Shown here piece by piece: positions 44,817-55,473 of a stretch of DNA of 64,000 bases (position 1 is the first letter of the stretch; each line of letters opens with the position of its first letter). Below the pieces are notes generated by a model. That model worked only from the letters and a program-made list of their open reading frames with translations, made no database searches and was not told the origin of the DNA. The stretch covers positions 4,967 through 68,966 of the forward strand of contig JAPDQV010000014.1 of NCBI GenBank assembly GCA_034505495.1, given 5' to 3'. Both the position numbers and the translations under genes were made by a program. The stretch comes from Candidatus Zhuqueibacterota bacterium (lineage in GTDB: Bacteria > Zhuqueibacterota > Zhuqueibacteria > Residuimicrobiales > Krinioviventaceae).

Positions 44817-45758
44817 CTACTCCAGCCGCCTATAAATTTGCTGTTCTTGGAAAGTGACCAGTGTTCGGGGAGGAACGGAGGAGGTGATCCACGTATTGGC
44901 GCCTATGATGCAGTCCTCGCCGATCACCGTCTCGCCGCCTAAAATGGTTGCGCCTGCATAGATCGTCACGCGATCGCGGATGGTGGGGTGGCGTTTGCCG
45001 CCTTTGACCAGCGTGCCGTCGCTTTGCTTCGGAAAACTCAACGCCCCAAGGGTGACCCCCTGATAAATTTTTACATTATTGCCGATTTCGGTCGTTTCGC
45101 CGATGACGACGCCGGTGCCATGATCGATGAAAAAGCTTTTTCCGATCGTCGCGCCTGGGTGAATGTCAATACCGGTGCGTCGATGCGCCCACTCGGACAT
45201 AACCCGCGGAATGATGGGGATCTCCATGCGATGGATCTCATGTGCGATGCGATGCGTGGCCACGGCGATCACAAAGGGATAGCAGGAGATGATCTCTTCG
45301 ATGCTTTTGGCTGCCGGGTCGCCCTCGTAACCGGCGCGAATGTCCAGCTGCAGCATCGAGCGGATCTCCGGCAGTGCCGAGATCAGGCGAAGAGCCTTTT
45401 CTTCGCAGGTGGTGCGGCTGATTTCACCATGATAGGCGCCGATGGATTGCGCATAGCGACAGGCGCGCTTGAATTCTTCGATCAACTGCAGAAAAAGTCG
45501 GTCTATGGCGCTTTGCACGAAAAAAAGAATGTTGGCGCGCGCCGGAACCCGATGTCCAAAGTAACCGGGAAAGAGAATTTCCAAGAGGCCGTCCAATATC
45601 TCAAAGACGGCGGCCGGGGCGGGCAGATTGGCGCCGTCGATGCGGTTGATGCCGCCGTCCCTTTCATAAGTATCGACGATCGCTTCGGCAATTTGCGTCA
45701 GCCGATCTCCAACTTCGTTCATAACTTCCTCGCGATCAATTAGAATGGCACCGCTCAC
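44817..45758 (-). CDS. cysE: Serine O-acetyltransferase (long form)
   Basis: 313 aa. Left-handed beta-helix hexapeptide repeats: IDIHPGATIGKSFFIDHGTGVVIGETTEIGNNVKIYQGVTLGA. The ATG overlaps the pgl stop. Confidence 0.85.
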   Translation of the reverse strand: MSGAILIDREEVMNEVGDRLTQIAEAIVDTYERDGGINRIDGANLPAPAAVFEILDGLLEILFPGYFGHRVPARANILFFVQSAIDRLFLQLIEEFKRACRYAQSIGAYHGEISRTTCEEKALRLISALPEIRSMLQLDIRAGYEGDPAAKSIEEIISCYPFVIAVATHRIAHEIHRMEIPIIPRVMSEWAHRRTGIDIHPGATIGKSFFIDHGTGVVIGETTEIGNNVKIYQGVTLGALSFPKQSDGTLVKGGKRHPTIRDRVTIYAGATILGGETVIGEDCIIGANTWITSSVPPRTLVTFQEQQIYRRLE

Positions 45759-46474
45759 AATCGGGATGCCGCTGCAACGTCCAACAAAAAAAAGAGCCTG
45801 CCGTTGGTCGGCCGCACTTGTAAAGCCGGCAGCGTCGGATCCTGCTCTTTGAGCAGTCGCCTTACGGTTTCAGCCTTTTCCTCGCCGCTGATTATAAAAG
45901 CAATGTTTTTCGCCTGATTGAGCAGGGGCAGCGTAAAGGTGATGCGCCAACTCGACAGCTTTTCTACAAAATCCGCGGTCACCAAACGCCGATTCTCCAG
46001 CAGCGCTTTGCCGTTGGGAAAAAGCGAGGCCGTATGGCCGTCGCTGCCCAGGCCGAGGAGAATTAGATCAAATCTCGGCACGGTCTCCAAAACGCCGAAA
46101 AAACCGCGGATGAGGGACTCGTACTCCATCGCCGCCTGATGCGCGGTCGGATATTGCGTGGGGACCGGAAAGTAATGCTCCTTTTCGATTCCCAGCGGCT
46201 GCAACAGCCTTCGAACGGCCAGGCCGGCATTGCTCTCCTGGTGATCGATCGGCACGAACCGTTCGTCGCTCCAAAAAAAATCGAAATAACTCCATTTTAT
46301 TTCATCGCGTAAAACCAGATGGTCGTACCAACCGGCGGGTGTGGAGCCGCCGGAGAGGGCAATTGTGAATCGCCCGGACTTGGCAATGATTTCATCCGAG
46401 ACCTCCGCCAGCCAATCAGCGGCAAAAGCGTAAAGGTCGTCACGCTCGGACAGAGTTATGATTTGCGGTTTCAT
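45755..46474 (-). CDS. pgl: 6-phosphogluconolactonase
   Basis: Start trimmed to [15 protein letters not shown]. Motifs: RFTIALSGGSTP, FFWSDERFVP, DLILLGLGSDGHTASLFP. Confidence 0.85.
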   Translation of the reverse strand: MKPQIITLSERDDLYAFAADWLAEVSDEIIAKSGRFTIALSGGSTPAGWYDHLVLRDEIKWSYFDFFWSDERFVPIDHQESNAGLAVRRLLQPLGIEKEHYFPVPTQYPTAHQAAMEYESLIRGFFGVLETVPRFDLILLGLGSDGHTASLFPNGKALLENRRLVTADFVEKLSSWRITFTLPLLNQAKNIAFIISGEEKAETVRRLLKEQDPTLPALQVRPTNGRLFFLLDVAAASRL

Positions 46475-47573
46475 GCAAAAACTCGAGCAAATGGTTACAG
46501 GTTTGGAGATAGAGCTCGTCTTGAACGACGGTATCCAACGCTTCGCAGAGGAGGTCGCCGGTACAGCGCCGAGGATGAGGGAATTCATATTCAGCGGTTA
46601 TTTCGCCGCCAACCTGCAGCGAGGCGGTAAAAACATTCTTTTCGGCGGCGAGTGTTAAAATAAAGCTTTTTTCATTTCGTTTGCCGAGAAATTTGATTTT
46701 CTGCACTCCCAAACCCTCACCCGGCAGCCTCCTAAGGGTGATTGCCGGAAGAGAACAGCCTCGACGGTAATGTAGGACCGTGTTCCAGCGCTCGACCGTT
46801 CCAACCCTGGAATTCTGCAGCGAAGCGGCGAGCCAAGCCGCCGTATATAGCGCCGCAAGGGCCGGTTTTTCTGCCGAGTAGTAGATTTCGATCTCCTGCA
46901 GCGCGGTAAGGAGCTGCAGATTCTCCACGCGGTCAAAGAGACGGGCCGTCGCCTCGCGCCAGTCCGCCGAGCGCAGCCATACAAGATCGACGACGCTGCG
47001 CTGCCGGCTTTGCTTTAGGATTTCCTTGAGGATGTCTGCAATCTCTTCGAGATTGTCAAAAGTATCGTCGGGCCGGACGACGAGCCGGTCGACATAGCGG
47101 AGCAGCGGTTCCAGGCTTTCCGGAAGGCTGTGAAAACGGTCAAAAGACCACAAAAAGACCGGCAGATCCGGCAACAGGAGCGGCAACACTGCACCGCTAA
47201 TCCACTGAGACGGTCGGCGATTTGCCTGTAAAAAGATCGCCTCGGCTACAATAAGCTTATGACCTTCGGCAAACTCTTGGAGATAGGCATAGAGGCTTGC
47301 ACTCATTTCAGCGGCTGATAAAGTCGGTTCCGCCGAAACGACAATAATTCGGCCCGGATGATGAGCAATGATTTCGGGCAGCTGCCGGCGAAGCTTTTGG
47401 GCGCACGAGGTCTCTTGACAAAGCACGACGAGATTTAGGGTTCCGGCTTTGAGCAAAGCCGCAGAGTCGCTGCCTGCAATTTCGCGCCAAAAACGCCGAA
47501 AGACCGACTCGATTTGCGGCGGCGGAATCTGCTCGCCAAGTTTTTGCTCGACGGCTTTCATAGACGTCTCCAT
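46440..47573 (-). CDS. opcA: OpcA-like glucose-6-phosphate dehydrogenase assembly protein
   Basis: 377 aa. It lies between zwf and pgl and overlaps both. The N-terminus reads [14 protein letters not shown]...[11 protein letters not shown]. Assignment rests on context plus remembered family pattern. Confidence 0.6.
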   Translation of the reverse strand: METSMKAVEQKLGEQIPPPQIESVFRRFWREIAGSDSAALLKAGTLNLVVLCQETSCAQKLRRQLPEIIAHHPGRIIVVSAEPTLSAAEMSASLYAYLQEFAEGHKLIVAEAIFLQANRRPSQWISGAVLPLLLPDLPVFLWSFDRFHSLPESLEPLLRYVDRLVVRPDDTFDNLEEIADILKEILKQSRQRSVVDLVWLRSADWREATARLFDRVENLQLLTALQEIEIYYSAEKPALAALYTAAWLAASLQNSRVGTVERWNTVLHYRRGCSLPAITLRRLPGEGLGVQKIKFLGKRNEKSFILTLAAEKNVFTASLQVGGEITAEYEFPHPRRCTGDLLCEALDTVVQDELYLQTCNHLLEFLHETANHNSVRA

Positions 47574-49099
47574 TCCCTACCTTCGCGGCCCGGCAAGGCG
47601 TCCGCCTCCGGCGGCCCCCACGTCCCGGCAGGATAAACCGGCAAACTGCTCACCTTGGATTGCTGCCAATACCGGAAGATCGGCTCAAGAATTTTCCAAG
47701 ACGTCAAGTTTTCGTCAGAGCGCGTAAAGAGCGTTGCGTCGCCGATGAGCGCGTCCAACAGCAGCCTCTCGTAAGCCTCGGGCGCCTTTTGTCCGAAACT
47801 GGTGCCGTAACGAAAGTCCATAGTGACCGGCCGAATGAGACTGGAGTGGCCGGGCACTTTGGAATCGAAGCGCAGCGAGATGCCTTCATCGGGCTGGATG
47901 CGGAGGGCCAGGACGTTCGGGCCGACCTGCTCGCGCGTCTCGCGGCTGAACATTTGCAGCGGCGCGCTCTTGAACTGCACCGCTATTTCGGTGACGCGCT
48001 TCGGCAGACGTTTTCCGGCGCGCAGATAAAAGGGCACGCCCGCCCAACGCCAGTTTTCGATCTCCAGTTTCATGGCCACGTAGGTTTCGGTCGTCGAGTC
48101 CGGCGACACGCCCTCTTCCTCTTTGTAGCCGGGCAACGGCTCGCCCATAATGGAACCGGCAATATATTGGCCGCGCACGACAAAATCGGCGATACGGCTT
48201 GGATCGAACTCTTTGATTGCGCGCAGAACTTTGACTTTTTCATCCCTTACCGCCTCCGAATCGATGGAAGCGGGCGGTTCCATGGCAAAGAGACAAAGAA
48301 GTTGAAAGACATGATTCTGCACGATGTCGCGGGTGATGCCTGTTTCCTCGAAAAAGTTGCCGCGTCCTTCGACACCGAGCGTTTCCGCAACGGTGATCTG
48401 AACATGATCGACGTAGCGGCGGTTCCAGATCGGTTCAAAGATGCCGTTGGCAAAGCGAAAGACAAGGATGTTCTGCACCGTCTCTTTGCCGAGATAATGG
48501 TCGATGCGATAGACCTGGTCTTCGCGAAACACTTGGCTGATCAAACGGTTGAGCTTTTCCGCGGTGGTAAGGTCTCGGCCGAAAGGTTTTTCGATGATGA
48601 TGCGCGTCCAGCCTTTGGGACTGCGCTGCAGTCCCGCCTGACGGATGCCCTGCACGATGGTTTCGTAGGCCGAGGGCGGCGTTGCCAAATAGAACAGCCG
48701 GTTGCCGGGCAATTGGCAGCGTTCTTCGAGTGCTACAATGAACGCCGCCAGTCCCTTGTGCGCTTCAACGGTCGTAAAGTCGCCCTGGTGGTAGTGGATT
48801 CGTGATAGAAAGCTGCGCCTGTCTTCCAGGCTGCTGTCGCCGTGAAAAGTCTGGAGCGCAACGTCCAGATCGTTGCGGAAGGTATCATCGTTTTTTGGTC
48901 GTCGGGCAAAGGCAACAATTTGCAGCTCCGGAGGCAGCAGATTTTGTTGATAGAGACTGAAAAGAGAAGGGATCAGCTTGCGCTTGGTCAGGTCGCCGGT
49001 TGCGCCCCAAATGACCAGAACCGCCGCTTCAGCTGTCCGTCTGCCGCGCATTCCCTCTCGGAAAGGGTTTTCAAACGCTTCATCCATATCTTTATTCAA
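47558..49099 (-). CDS. zwf: Glucose-6-phosphate 1-dehydrogenase
   Basis: 513 aa. Motifs: [42 protein letters not shown]. Confidence 0.95.
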   Translation of the reverse strand: MNKDMDEAFENPFREGMRGRRTAEAAVLVIWGATGDLTKRKLIPSLFSLYQQNLLPPELQIVAFARRPKNDDTFRNDLDVALQTFHGDSSLEDRRSFLSRIHYHQGDFTTVEAHKGLAAFIVALEERCQLPGNRLFYLATPPSAYETIVQGIRQAGLQRSPKGWTRIIIEKPFGRDLTTAEKLNRLISQVFREDQVYRIDHYLGKETVQNILVFRFANGIFEPIWNRRYVDHVQITVAETLGVEGRGNFFEETGITRDIVQNHVFQLLCLFAMEPPASIDSEAVRDEKVKVLRAIKEFDPSRIADFVVRGQYIAGSIMGEPLPGYKEEEGVSPDSTTETYVAMKLEIENWRWAGVPFYLRAGKRLPKRVTEIAVQFKSAPLQMFSRETREQVGPNVLALRIQPDEGISLRFDSKVPGHSSLIRPVTMDFRYGTSFGQKAPEAYERLLLDALIGDATLFTRSDENLTSWKILEPIFRYWQQSKVSSLPVYPAGTWGPPEADALPGREGREWRRL

Positions 49100-49189
49100 T
49101 CACCTAAAATGATCATTTCAGGAAACCCCGCAATGCGGAGCGAGTTACAACAACAAGCATCGACATCGGTTTAATCCTTAAGGTGATGA

Positions 49190-50659
49190 ATGAAAACTCT
49201 CCTAATGCACGCGATTCGGTTTATCGTTTTGTCGGCGGCGCTTTTTATGATTCTGGGAGTATTCGAATCGACCGGCGTCCAAGTTCATCAAATTAATATA
49301 CAATCCCCCAAGTTAAAATCCAATCGTGAGGTCAGGCTGCTGCATTTGACGGATCTTCATTTGGCGCACTGGGGGAGGCATGAACAACACCTTTTGGCTC
49401 TTCTTTCCAGGCAGTCGTATGATGCAGTGCTGATAACCGGCGATTTTCTCAAAAACCGAAAATTGTTGGAGAATCCCGATTCTCCGGCGGCGCAGCAAGC
49501 CCTGGCGACGGTCGAGCAGTTTGTCCGTGCTTTGAAAGCGCCGATGGGCATTTTCGTTTGTCGCGGCAATAACGATTTCAGCAACGACAAAGAAAAAAGC
49601 GACACCTTATTGGAGCGACTCGAACGCAGCGGTGTAAAGGTTCTGGTGAACGAGGCGGTGTCGATTGCTGATGGGGCGGTAACCCTTTTGGGGGTCGATT
49701 TCCCATGGTTTTCACGCACCGAAGTCGCCGACTTTGCCGTCGTCGAATGCGAAGGGAATCGCGTCCTGCAGGCCAAGTCCTCGACTAAAAACTCTTACAG
49801 CCACCGGCTGATCGATAAAGGGCGTTCGAAGTGGCGGGATTACCGTTACTCCGGCAAGTTTCGCCTTTCCCAGCCGGAACGCGGCGGCATTGGTTTCATT
49901 TTCTATTCGCAATTCGACCGCGGTTGGGATCGCTTCTATCGGCTTCGCATTCGCGGCGGACAGGCAGAGTTCTGCTTTTCCCATCACGGCGCTGAAGCCG
50001 AGGGACAATGCTTTCCTTGTCGGCTCGTCGGCGATCGATGGTATTGTTTTCTTATTGAATGCCGCACCGAGGCTGCCGGCGCAATTATGCGCGGCAAGGT
50101 GTGGCCTGACGGAGAAGCCGAGCCCGACTGGTTGGTGAGCGCCGTTGAAGCCTCGGCGGTGTTTCAGGGCGGCACGGTCGGTGTGTGGAGCGCGGGCGAA
50201 GGCCTGCGCCAGTTCGATGACCTATGTGTTGTTTCCAGTATCGGCGATACGTTGATGTACGAGGATTTTTCTGCGACGGTCGTCGGCGGCGATCCCTACG
50301 GATGGGTTGATTACAATTACGAGGAACAGGCGCTGACCTGGTTGACGGATCATCTGCCGGATTCCACGCTGACGATCCTGCTGGCGCATTCGCCCGATGC
50401 GGTTCGTCAGGCCGAGGAGGCCGGAATTGACATTCAGCTAAGCGGCCATACCCACGGCGGTCAGGTCTGCCTGCCGTTCATCGGCGCGGTGCAGGCGCCG
50501 ATCGCGCTCGGACGACGCTATGCGCAGGGTCTCTTCCACTACGGCAATACGATGCTCTATGTCAATCGCGGCATCGGCTCGGGCGATCTGCCGCTGCGGC
50601 TCTACTGCAGACCCGAGGCAACCATCATTGTTTTGCAGCCGAGGAGCAGTGCAAATTAG
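49190..50659 (+). CDS. Calcineurin-like metallophosphoesterase (YaeI-like) with a ~210-aa inserted jelly-roll-like domain
   Basis: Motifs: LLHLTDLHL, VLITGDF, CRGNNDF ... (insert aa ~172-385) ... ILLAHSPD, LSGHTHGGQ. It has an N-terminal TM/signal segment. Confidence 0.75.
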   Translation: MKTLLMHAIRFIVLSAALFMILGVFESTGVQVHQINIQSPKLKSNREVRLLHLTDLHLAHWGRHEQHLLALLSRQSYDAVLITGDFLKNRKLLENPDSPAAQQALATVEQFVRALKAPMGIFVCRGNNDFSNDKEKSDTLLERLERSGVKVLVNEAVSIADGAVTLLGVDFPWFSRTEVADFAVVECEGNRVLQAKSSTKNSYSHRLIDKGRSKWRDYRYSGKFRLSQPERGGIGFIFYSQFDRGWDRFYRLRIRGGQAEFCFSHHGAEAEGQCFPCRLVGDRWYCFLIECRTEAAGAIMRGKVWPDGEAEPDWLVSAVEASAVFQGGTVGVWSAGEGLRQFDDLCVVSSIGDTLMYEDFSATVVGGDPYGWVDYNYEEQALTWLTDHLPDSTLTILLAHSPDAVRQAEEAGIDIQLSGHTHGGQVCLPFIGAVQAPIALGRRYAQGLFHYGNTMLYVNRGIGSGDLPLRLYCRPEATIIVLQPRSSAN

Positions 50660-50709
50660 GCAGATGATCAAACCACTGCAGGCCGTTAGAAAGCAATGGG
50701 CACGCTTTA

Positions 50710-51924
50710 TCAGATTTTGAGCCTTTTGATGATCAGGAGGGTTGCGTCGTCCTGGAGGGGCGAATAAGCGTCGAACGCCTGAACTTGATCGAAAATGCGT
50801 TCGCAGATGGCGCGGCTGGATTCTTTTTTATGCTCGCGAACTGTTTGGACAAGCCGCTCGATACCGAAAAAGCGATCAGGCGCGGTGCCTCGTTCGATGA
50901 TGCCGTCGGTATAGGCCACCAGAATGCTGTCCGGCGGCATATAAACGTGCGAACGGGTGATCTTGAGTTCGGGAAAGAATCCTAAGGCAATGCCGCCCGC
51001 TTCCAGCCTGACGGTCGAAGTCTCGGTTATGAGGACCGGCGGCGGATGGCCGGCGTTGGCGTAAAAGAGGTGCCCGTCGTTTTCGAATTCGCCGATAAAC
51101 ACGGAGACAAAGCTGGTGGAGTAGGTGCTGCGCTGGATGACGCGGTTGAGCTTTTTCAGAGTGTGGATGAGGCGGAGTTCCTGCGCCAGCCCCATGCGCA
51201 GGCCGACAACCACATCCCTGACCAACAGCGCCGCCGGAATGCCATGGCCGGTGGCGTCGCCGATCGAAAAGCCGAAAGCGCCGTCTTCAAAGTCGTAAAA
51301 GTCAAAAAAGTCACCGCCGATAATTTCCGCCGATTGCGAAAAGGCATAGACGTCATAGCCGGAGATTTGCGGCGGCTGTGTCGGCAGGAGAGATTTGTGA
51401 ATCTCTGCCGCCTGCTCCAAGCGTCCGCCAATCAGGTCGATAAAGATGCGGTAATTCAGCGAGAGACGTACGGCATTAAGGAGCAGCGTGATTTCTTCGC
51501 GTCCCCAGCCCGGCAAAAGATCGAAAACCAGCAGCCATTGCTGTTCTTGACTGTGCACCCAAATGGCGGCGACGTCGTGCGCAGGCTCGGCGACGAAAAA
51601 ATGTCTGCTTAGATGCGGCTGATCATAGATGTAACTGCGGTGCTTGGCGGCCAGGACGATCGGCTCAGAGTCTAAAGGGAGGTGGGGTGTCCATCGATCG
51701 GTTGCTTCGGGAAAGGTCAGGACGAACTCGGCTCCGCGGAGCTCGTAAAGCCTGCCGGATCCGATATGCAGCCGTTCGCCGAAAACAGTCTCGATTCGAC
51801 GAATGACATGCGGCAGCAGAGCGCCTTCCGGCTGTTCGATGCGAATGGTCGCGAGAAGTGCGTCCAACTCGCGATAAAAGCTTTTTGCGTCAATCATGCA
51901 GGAAAAGCAAGAATGGCTTGACAA
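50710..51924 (-). CDS. PP2C-type (SpoIIE/RsbU family) serine phosphatase with N-terminal sensor (GAF-like) region
   Basis: Motifs: IHKSLLP, GYDVYAFSQSAEIIGGDFFDFY, IGDATGHGIPAALL, YANAGHPPP, YTDGIIE. An alternative start is MIDAKSF at 51897, because the hairpin at 51930-51954 leaves little room upstream. Confidence 0.8.
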   Translation of the reverse strand: MSSHSCFSCMIDAKSFYRELDALLATIRIEQPEGALLPHVIRRIETVFGERLHIGSGRLYELRGAEFVLTFPEATDRWTPHLPLDSEPIVLAAKHRSYIYDQPHLSRHFFVAEPAHDVAAIWVHSQEQQWLLVFDLLPGWGREEITLLLNAVRLSLNYRIFIDLIGGRLEQAAEIHKSLLPTQPPQISGYDVYAFSQSAEIIGGDFFDFYDFEDGAFGFSIGDATGHGIPAALLVRDVVVGLRMGLAQELRLIHTLKKLNRVIQRSTYSTSFVSVFIGEFENDGHLFYANAGHPPPVLITETSTVRLEAGGIALGFFPELKITRSHVYMPPDSILVAYTDGIIERGTAPDRFFGIERLVQTVREHKKESSRAICERIFDQVQAFDAYSPLQDDATLLIIKRLKI

Positions 51925-51929
51925 ATGAA

Positions 51930-51954
51930 GCGGCGCCGAATGGCTCGGCGCCGC
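51930..51954 (-). terminator. Putative hairpin terminator after the OMP gene
   Basis: Perfect 10-bp stem gcggcgccga / tcggcgccgc with a 5-nt loop. On the minus strand it is followed by TTCATTTG (weak U-tract). Confidence 0.45.
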
Positions 51955-51962
51955 ATGTGGGA

Positions 51963-52520
51963 TTATTTAAGCTTGAAAATGACGCCTGCGTAAATACCCA
52001 AATAGTCGAGGTCCCCAAGAGTATACTTGACCTCGGCAAAGCCGTCGAGATTCGGCGAGAGCTTGTAGGAGGCGCCGCCAAGCAAATGGATCGCCAAATC
52101 CAATTCGCTGTCGGAAGCTTCAACATCGCCGAAACTATAGCCATAGTTCGGCCCTGTATATTCGCTCTTCCACATCGAGAGATCAAAGCCTAATCCTGCA
52201 CCGGCGTAGGGTTTGAAATCGCTGCTGCTTTCAAAATAATACTTGCCGATTGCGGCAAGAGAAAGAACGCTCCAACTCCATTCCCAATAGGCGCCCTCAT
52301 TGTAGGCTTTGCGCCAGTAATCCAAATAGCCGTAAACTCGGACAACCGAAATTTTACCGAGATCAGCAACCGCACCAAAACCGATCGTATTATCCAACGG
52401 ATCTTCCGGCATGATGAATCCCAATTTGCCGCCGATGCCCTTAAATCTGATGTCCGTCTGCGCTGAAACGCTGAGCGTCAAGGTCAGCACCACAAGCACC
52501 ACAATTCCTAGTTTTTGCAT
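51963..52520 (-). CDS. Small outer-membrane beta-barrel protein (OmpW/porin-like)
   Basis: Start trimmed to MQKLGIVVLVVLTLTLSVSAQ, after GAGGAGG. It shows an alternating beta-strand pattern and ends ...GIYAGVIFKLK. Confidence 0.7.
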   Translation of the reverse strand: MQKLGIVVLVVLTLTLSVSAQTDIRFKGIGGKLGFIMPEDPLDNTIGFGAVADLGKISVVRVYGYLDYWRKAYNEGAYWEWSWSVLSLAAIGKYYFESSSDFKPYAGAGLGFDLSMWKSEYTGPNYGYSFGDVEASDSELDLAIHLLGGASYKLSPNLDGFAEVKYTLGDLDYLGIYAGVIFKLK

Positions 52521-53029
52521 CGCCACTCCTCCTCGGATTAGTATGGATTTTCTTTTGGGTATTGTCGAATACCTTGCAGCACAAAACATTCGGTCAAAAG
52601 CGATAATTCCCATTAATGTTATAACAAGGAAAATCGCTTGATTCAGCGTTTGCTTGTGAACCGACAAGAGAATATATTGAAAATAGCGGAAAACGAGTAG
52701 AAAAATCGCTTTTGAAATTGTCGAGAATAAAGTATGATGTATAGGAATTGGTTGCTCCATATTTTCTTTCAAAACATTGTCAAATAAAGCAGAACGGAAT
52801 AGCTGGTTTTAAAGACAAAATGGGGAACGTGTCATATTCTATTGGCAATTGTTTTATCATGTCCTCTAGTTTCCTTAAAATCACTTGCAAGCGTTACGGC
52901 GGTTAAATCTGCCTTAATCCGATTATTGGGGCGCCGTCTTGCCGGCGCATTTATGCATCCGCAAGATGATGGTGAGATTCCACAATTTTCCATTGTTATT
53001 GTTAGTGTGCTGTAATAAGGAGGAACGTT

Positions 53030-53875
53030 ATGAAAGCCATGAAAAATGTGCACTGGATCGGTGCCGGGCTGATGGTTCTATCCTGGGTACTTAATTGGTC
53101 GCTTTCCGGACTGCGGACACATTTGCTCTTCTTTCCGCTTTGGTTGGGTTTTGCATTGTTGCTCGACGGTCTCACCTTTGCCCGTACCGGCTCTTCGTTG
53201 CTCACTCGGTCGCCGCGGCGATATGCGGGACTCTTTCTCGTCTCGGCACCCGCATGGTGGCTGTTCGAACTTTTCAACCTGCGCACGCAAAATTGGTTCT
53301 ATTTGGGAAAGGAATCATTCAGCTCCCTGGAATATGCCCTATTCGCTACGATCAACTTTTCCACCGTTATGCCGGCGGTATTCGGTGCGGCGGAACTTTA
53401 TCGCTCGTTTAATTTCATTGGCGGGCAAAAGACATGGATTCGCGTCCCGACCGCACCGCGCAGTCTGATCCTTTATGCCGGCATCGGCTTTGTCATGCTG
53501 GCTTTGGTCCTAGGTGCGCCGCGCTATAGTTATCCGCTGCTCTGGACCTCTCTGGTGTTTATTCTCGAGCCGCTCAACTATCGATTGGGTGCAAGAACAC
53601 TATTGGCAGAATTGGAAAGAGGCGATTGGCGCCCGGTCTGGTCTCTGTGGCTGGGGTGCCTAACCTGCGGCTTTTTTTGGGAAATGTGGAATTATCTTTC
53701 TTATCCCAAATGGATTTATCATACGCCTTTCGTCCAATTTGCGCATGTTTTTGAGATGCCCCTGCTCGGCTATTTGGGTTACCTGCCTTTTTCCATGGAG
53801 CTCTTTGCCCTTTATCATTTGACCGTACGTATTCTTGGTGGAGAAAGCCCCTATTTGCTTTTGAGCAAGAATTGA
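53030..53875 (+). CDS. Hypothetical integral membrane protein
   Basis: 281 aa with ~7 hydrophobic segments and AGGAGG upstream. No family recognised. Confidence 0.55.
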   Translation: MKAMKNVHWIGAGLMVLSWVLNWSLSGLRTHLLFFPLWLGFALLLDGLTFARTGSSLLTRSPRRYAGLFLVSAPAWWLFELFNLRTQNWFYLGKESFSSLEYALFATINFSTVMPAVFGAAELYRSFNFIGGQKTWIRVPTAPRSLILYAGIGFVMLALVLGAPRYSYPLLWTSLVFILEPLNYRLGARTLLAELERGDWRPVWSLWLGCLTCGFFWEMWNYLSYPKWIYHTPFVQFAHVFEMPLLGYLGYLPFSMELFALYHLTVRILGGESPYLLLSKN

Positions 53876-53910
53876 ATTATGTTATCGGTGAGCTAATACG
53901 GAAAGAATTT

Positions 53911-55332
53911 ATGGATTGGAATCTCGTTCTCCCCTTCCTCTTGTACTTGTCGGCGATGGTGGCGATCGGGCGTTGGTTCTACAGCCGCTCGCAGACCCCG
54001 ATCGATTTTTTTCTCGGCGGTAGGGGACTCAATTCCTGGGCTGCGTCTTTGAGCGCTCAGGCTTCGGATATGAGCGGTTGGCTGCTCGTGGGTTTGCCCG
54101 GATACGCCTATCTTTACGGCATTGAGGCGCTGTGGATTGCTGCCGGATTGTGGCTTGGGACCTTTCTTAACTGGAAATTCGTTGCGGCCAGGCTGCGTAC
54201 CCTCACCTTGAGCCGCGGCAACGCGATCACGCTCCCTCAATATTTCGCCAACAGCGTCGGCGAGCCTGCCCGCCTACTGCGCTTGATTTCTGCTGCTTTT
54301 ATACTCATCTTTTTTCTCATCTACACCGCATCCGGATTTGCAGCGGGCGCCAAGCTGTTCAGCACCGTGCTGAACGTCTCTTATTCGGCCGGACTGCTTG
54401 TCGGCGCGGCGGTGATCATCAGTTACACTTTCCTGGGCGGGTTTTTAGCGGTATCGTGGACCGATGTGGTGCAGGGCACGATCATGTTTTTCGCCATTAT
54501 TATTGCACCGCTGCTGGTTTTGGTAAAATTGGGAGGCAGTGAAACGGCTGCACGTTACTCTGCCATGGATTCTTCCTGGAAAAGTTGGATCGGCGCAGCT
54601 CATTCGGGTCATTCCGGTATTCGCCTGTTATCCTTGTTGGGCTGGGGCTTGGGTTACTTTGGGCAGCCGCACATTCTGGCGCGTTTCATGGCGATCCGTT
54701 CACCGCAACAGGTTCCGATCGCCCGTCGTATTGCCATGTTTTGGGTCAGCCTGTCCTTGACCGGCGCGGTGTGCATGGGTTTAATTGCGCGCCTTTATCT
54801 CTCGCCGGAACTTACGGGACAAGAGGCGGAAAAGGCGTTCATGATCGTCGTTCGCACGCTCGCCCATCCGTTTCTGGCCGGATGCCTGCTTTCCGCCGTC
54901 CTGGCTGCAATCATGAGCACGGCCGATTCGCAATTGTTGGTCGCATCTTCGGCGTTTGTCGAAGACATCTATCACACCCTTCGGCGTAAAAGTCCTTCGA
55001 CCAAGGACCTTATGCGGATCAGCCGCGCCGCAGTTCTGATCATTGCCCTGGCCGCTCTGGCCATTGCCGTCAATCCCGAATCCGGCGTGTTCGATCTGGT
55101 TTCGTATGCCTGGGCCGGTTTCGGCGCCGCATTCGGCCCGCTGGTGTTGTTTTCATTGTACCGGCGCGACGTTTCGGCAAACGGCGCTTTGGCAGGGGTT
55201 GTCGTCGGCGGATCGACCGTGCTGATTTGGAAGCAGCTTTCCGGCGGTTTTTTTGACTTGTACGAAATCGTGCCCGCCTTTTTGCTGTCCAGCCTGGCGA
55301 TCTATAGCGTCAGCCGTTGGGAAAAAAGATGA
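53911..55332 (+). CDS. putP: Sodium:solute symporter family, proline permease-like
   Basis: FFLGGRGLNSWAASLSAQASDMSGWLLVGLPGYAY closely parallels the PutP N-terminal signature. The start was chosen at MDWNLVLPF; the track ORF starts at 53872. Confidence 0.8.
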   Translation: MDWNLVLPFLLYLSAMVAIGRWFYSRSQTPIDFFLGGRGLNSWAASLSAQASDMSGWLLVGLPGYAYLYGIEALWIAAGLWLGTFLNWKFVAARLRTLTLSRGNAITLPQYFANSVGEPARLLRLISAAFILIFFLIYTASGFAAGAKLFSTVLNVSYSAGLLVGAAVIISYTFLGGFLAVSWTDVVQGTIMFFAIIIAPLLVLVKLGGSETAARYSAMDSSWKSWIGAAHSGHSGIRLLSLLGWGLGYFGQPHILARFMAIRSPQQVPIARRIAMFWVSLSLTGAVCMGLIARLYLSPELTGQEAEKAFMIVVRTLAHPFLAGCLLSAVLAAIMSTADSQLLVASSAFVEDIYHTLRRKSPSTKDLMRISRAAVLIIALAALAIAVNPESGVFDLVSYAWAGFGAAFGPLVLFSLYRRDVSANGALAGVVVGGSTVLIWKQLSGGFFDLYEIVPAFLLSSLAIYSVSRWEKR

Positions 55333-55473
55333 TGCGGAGAAGCTGTGGAAAGACAATCCAATTAACTTGGCTGGAGGAATGACAAAGTTTTTGCTCCGTG
55401 ACACAGTTGCAGAAATGGGTTTGCCGCCGCCTTTTCACGCCGGCGCAAACAGGTAAGCAATTGGGAGAAAGCC

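Noticed and set aside
47660-48805. 381-aa plus-strand ORF
   Set aside because: It is the antisense shadow of zwf.
52521-52772. N-terminal extension of the OMP ORF 51963..52772
   Set aside because: This is an AT-rich, non-coding-looking stretch. The internal Met at 52520 is preceded by GAGGAGG and starts a clean signal peptide.
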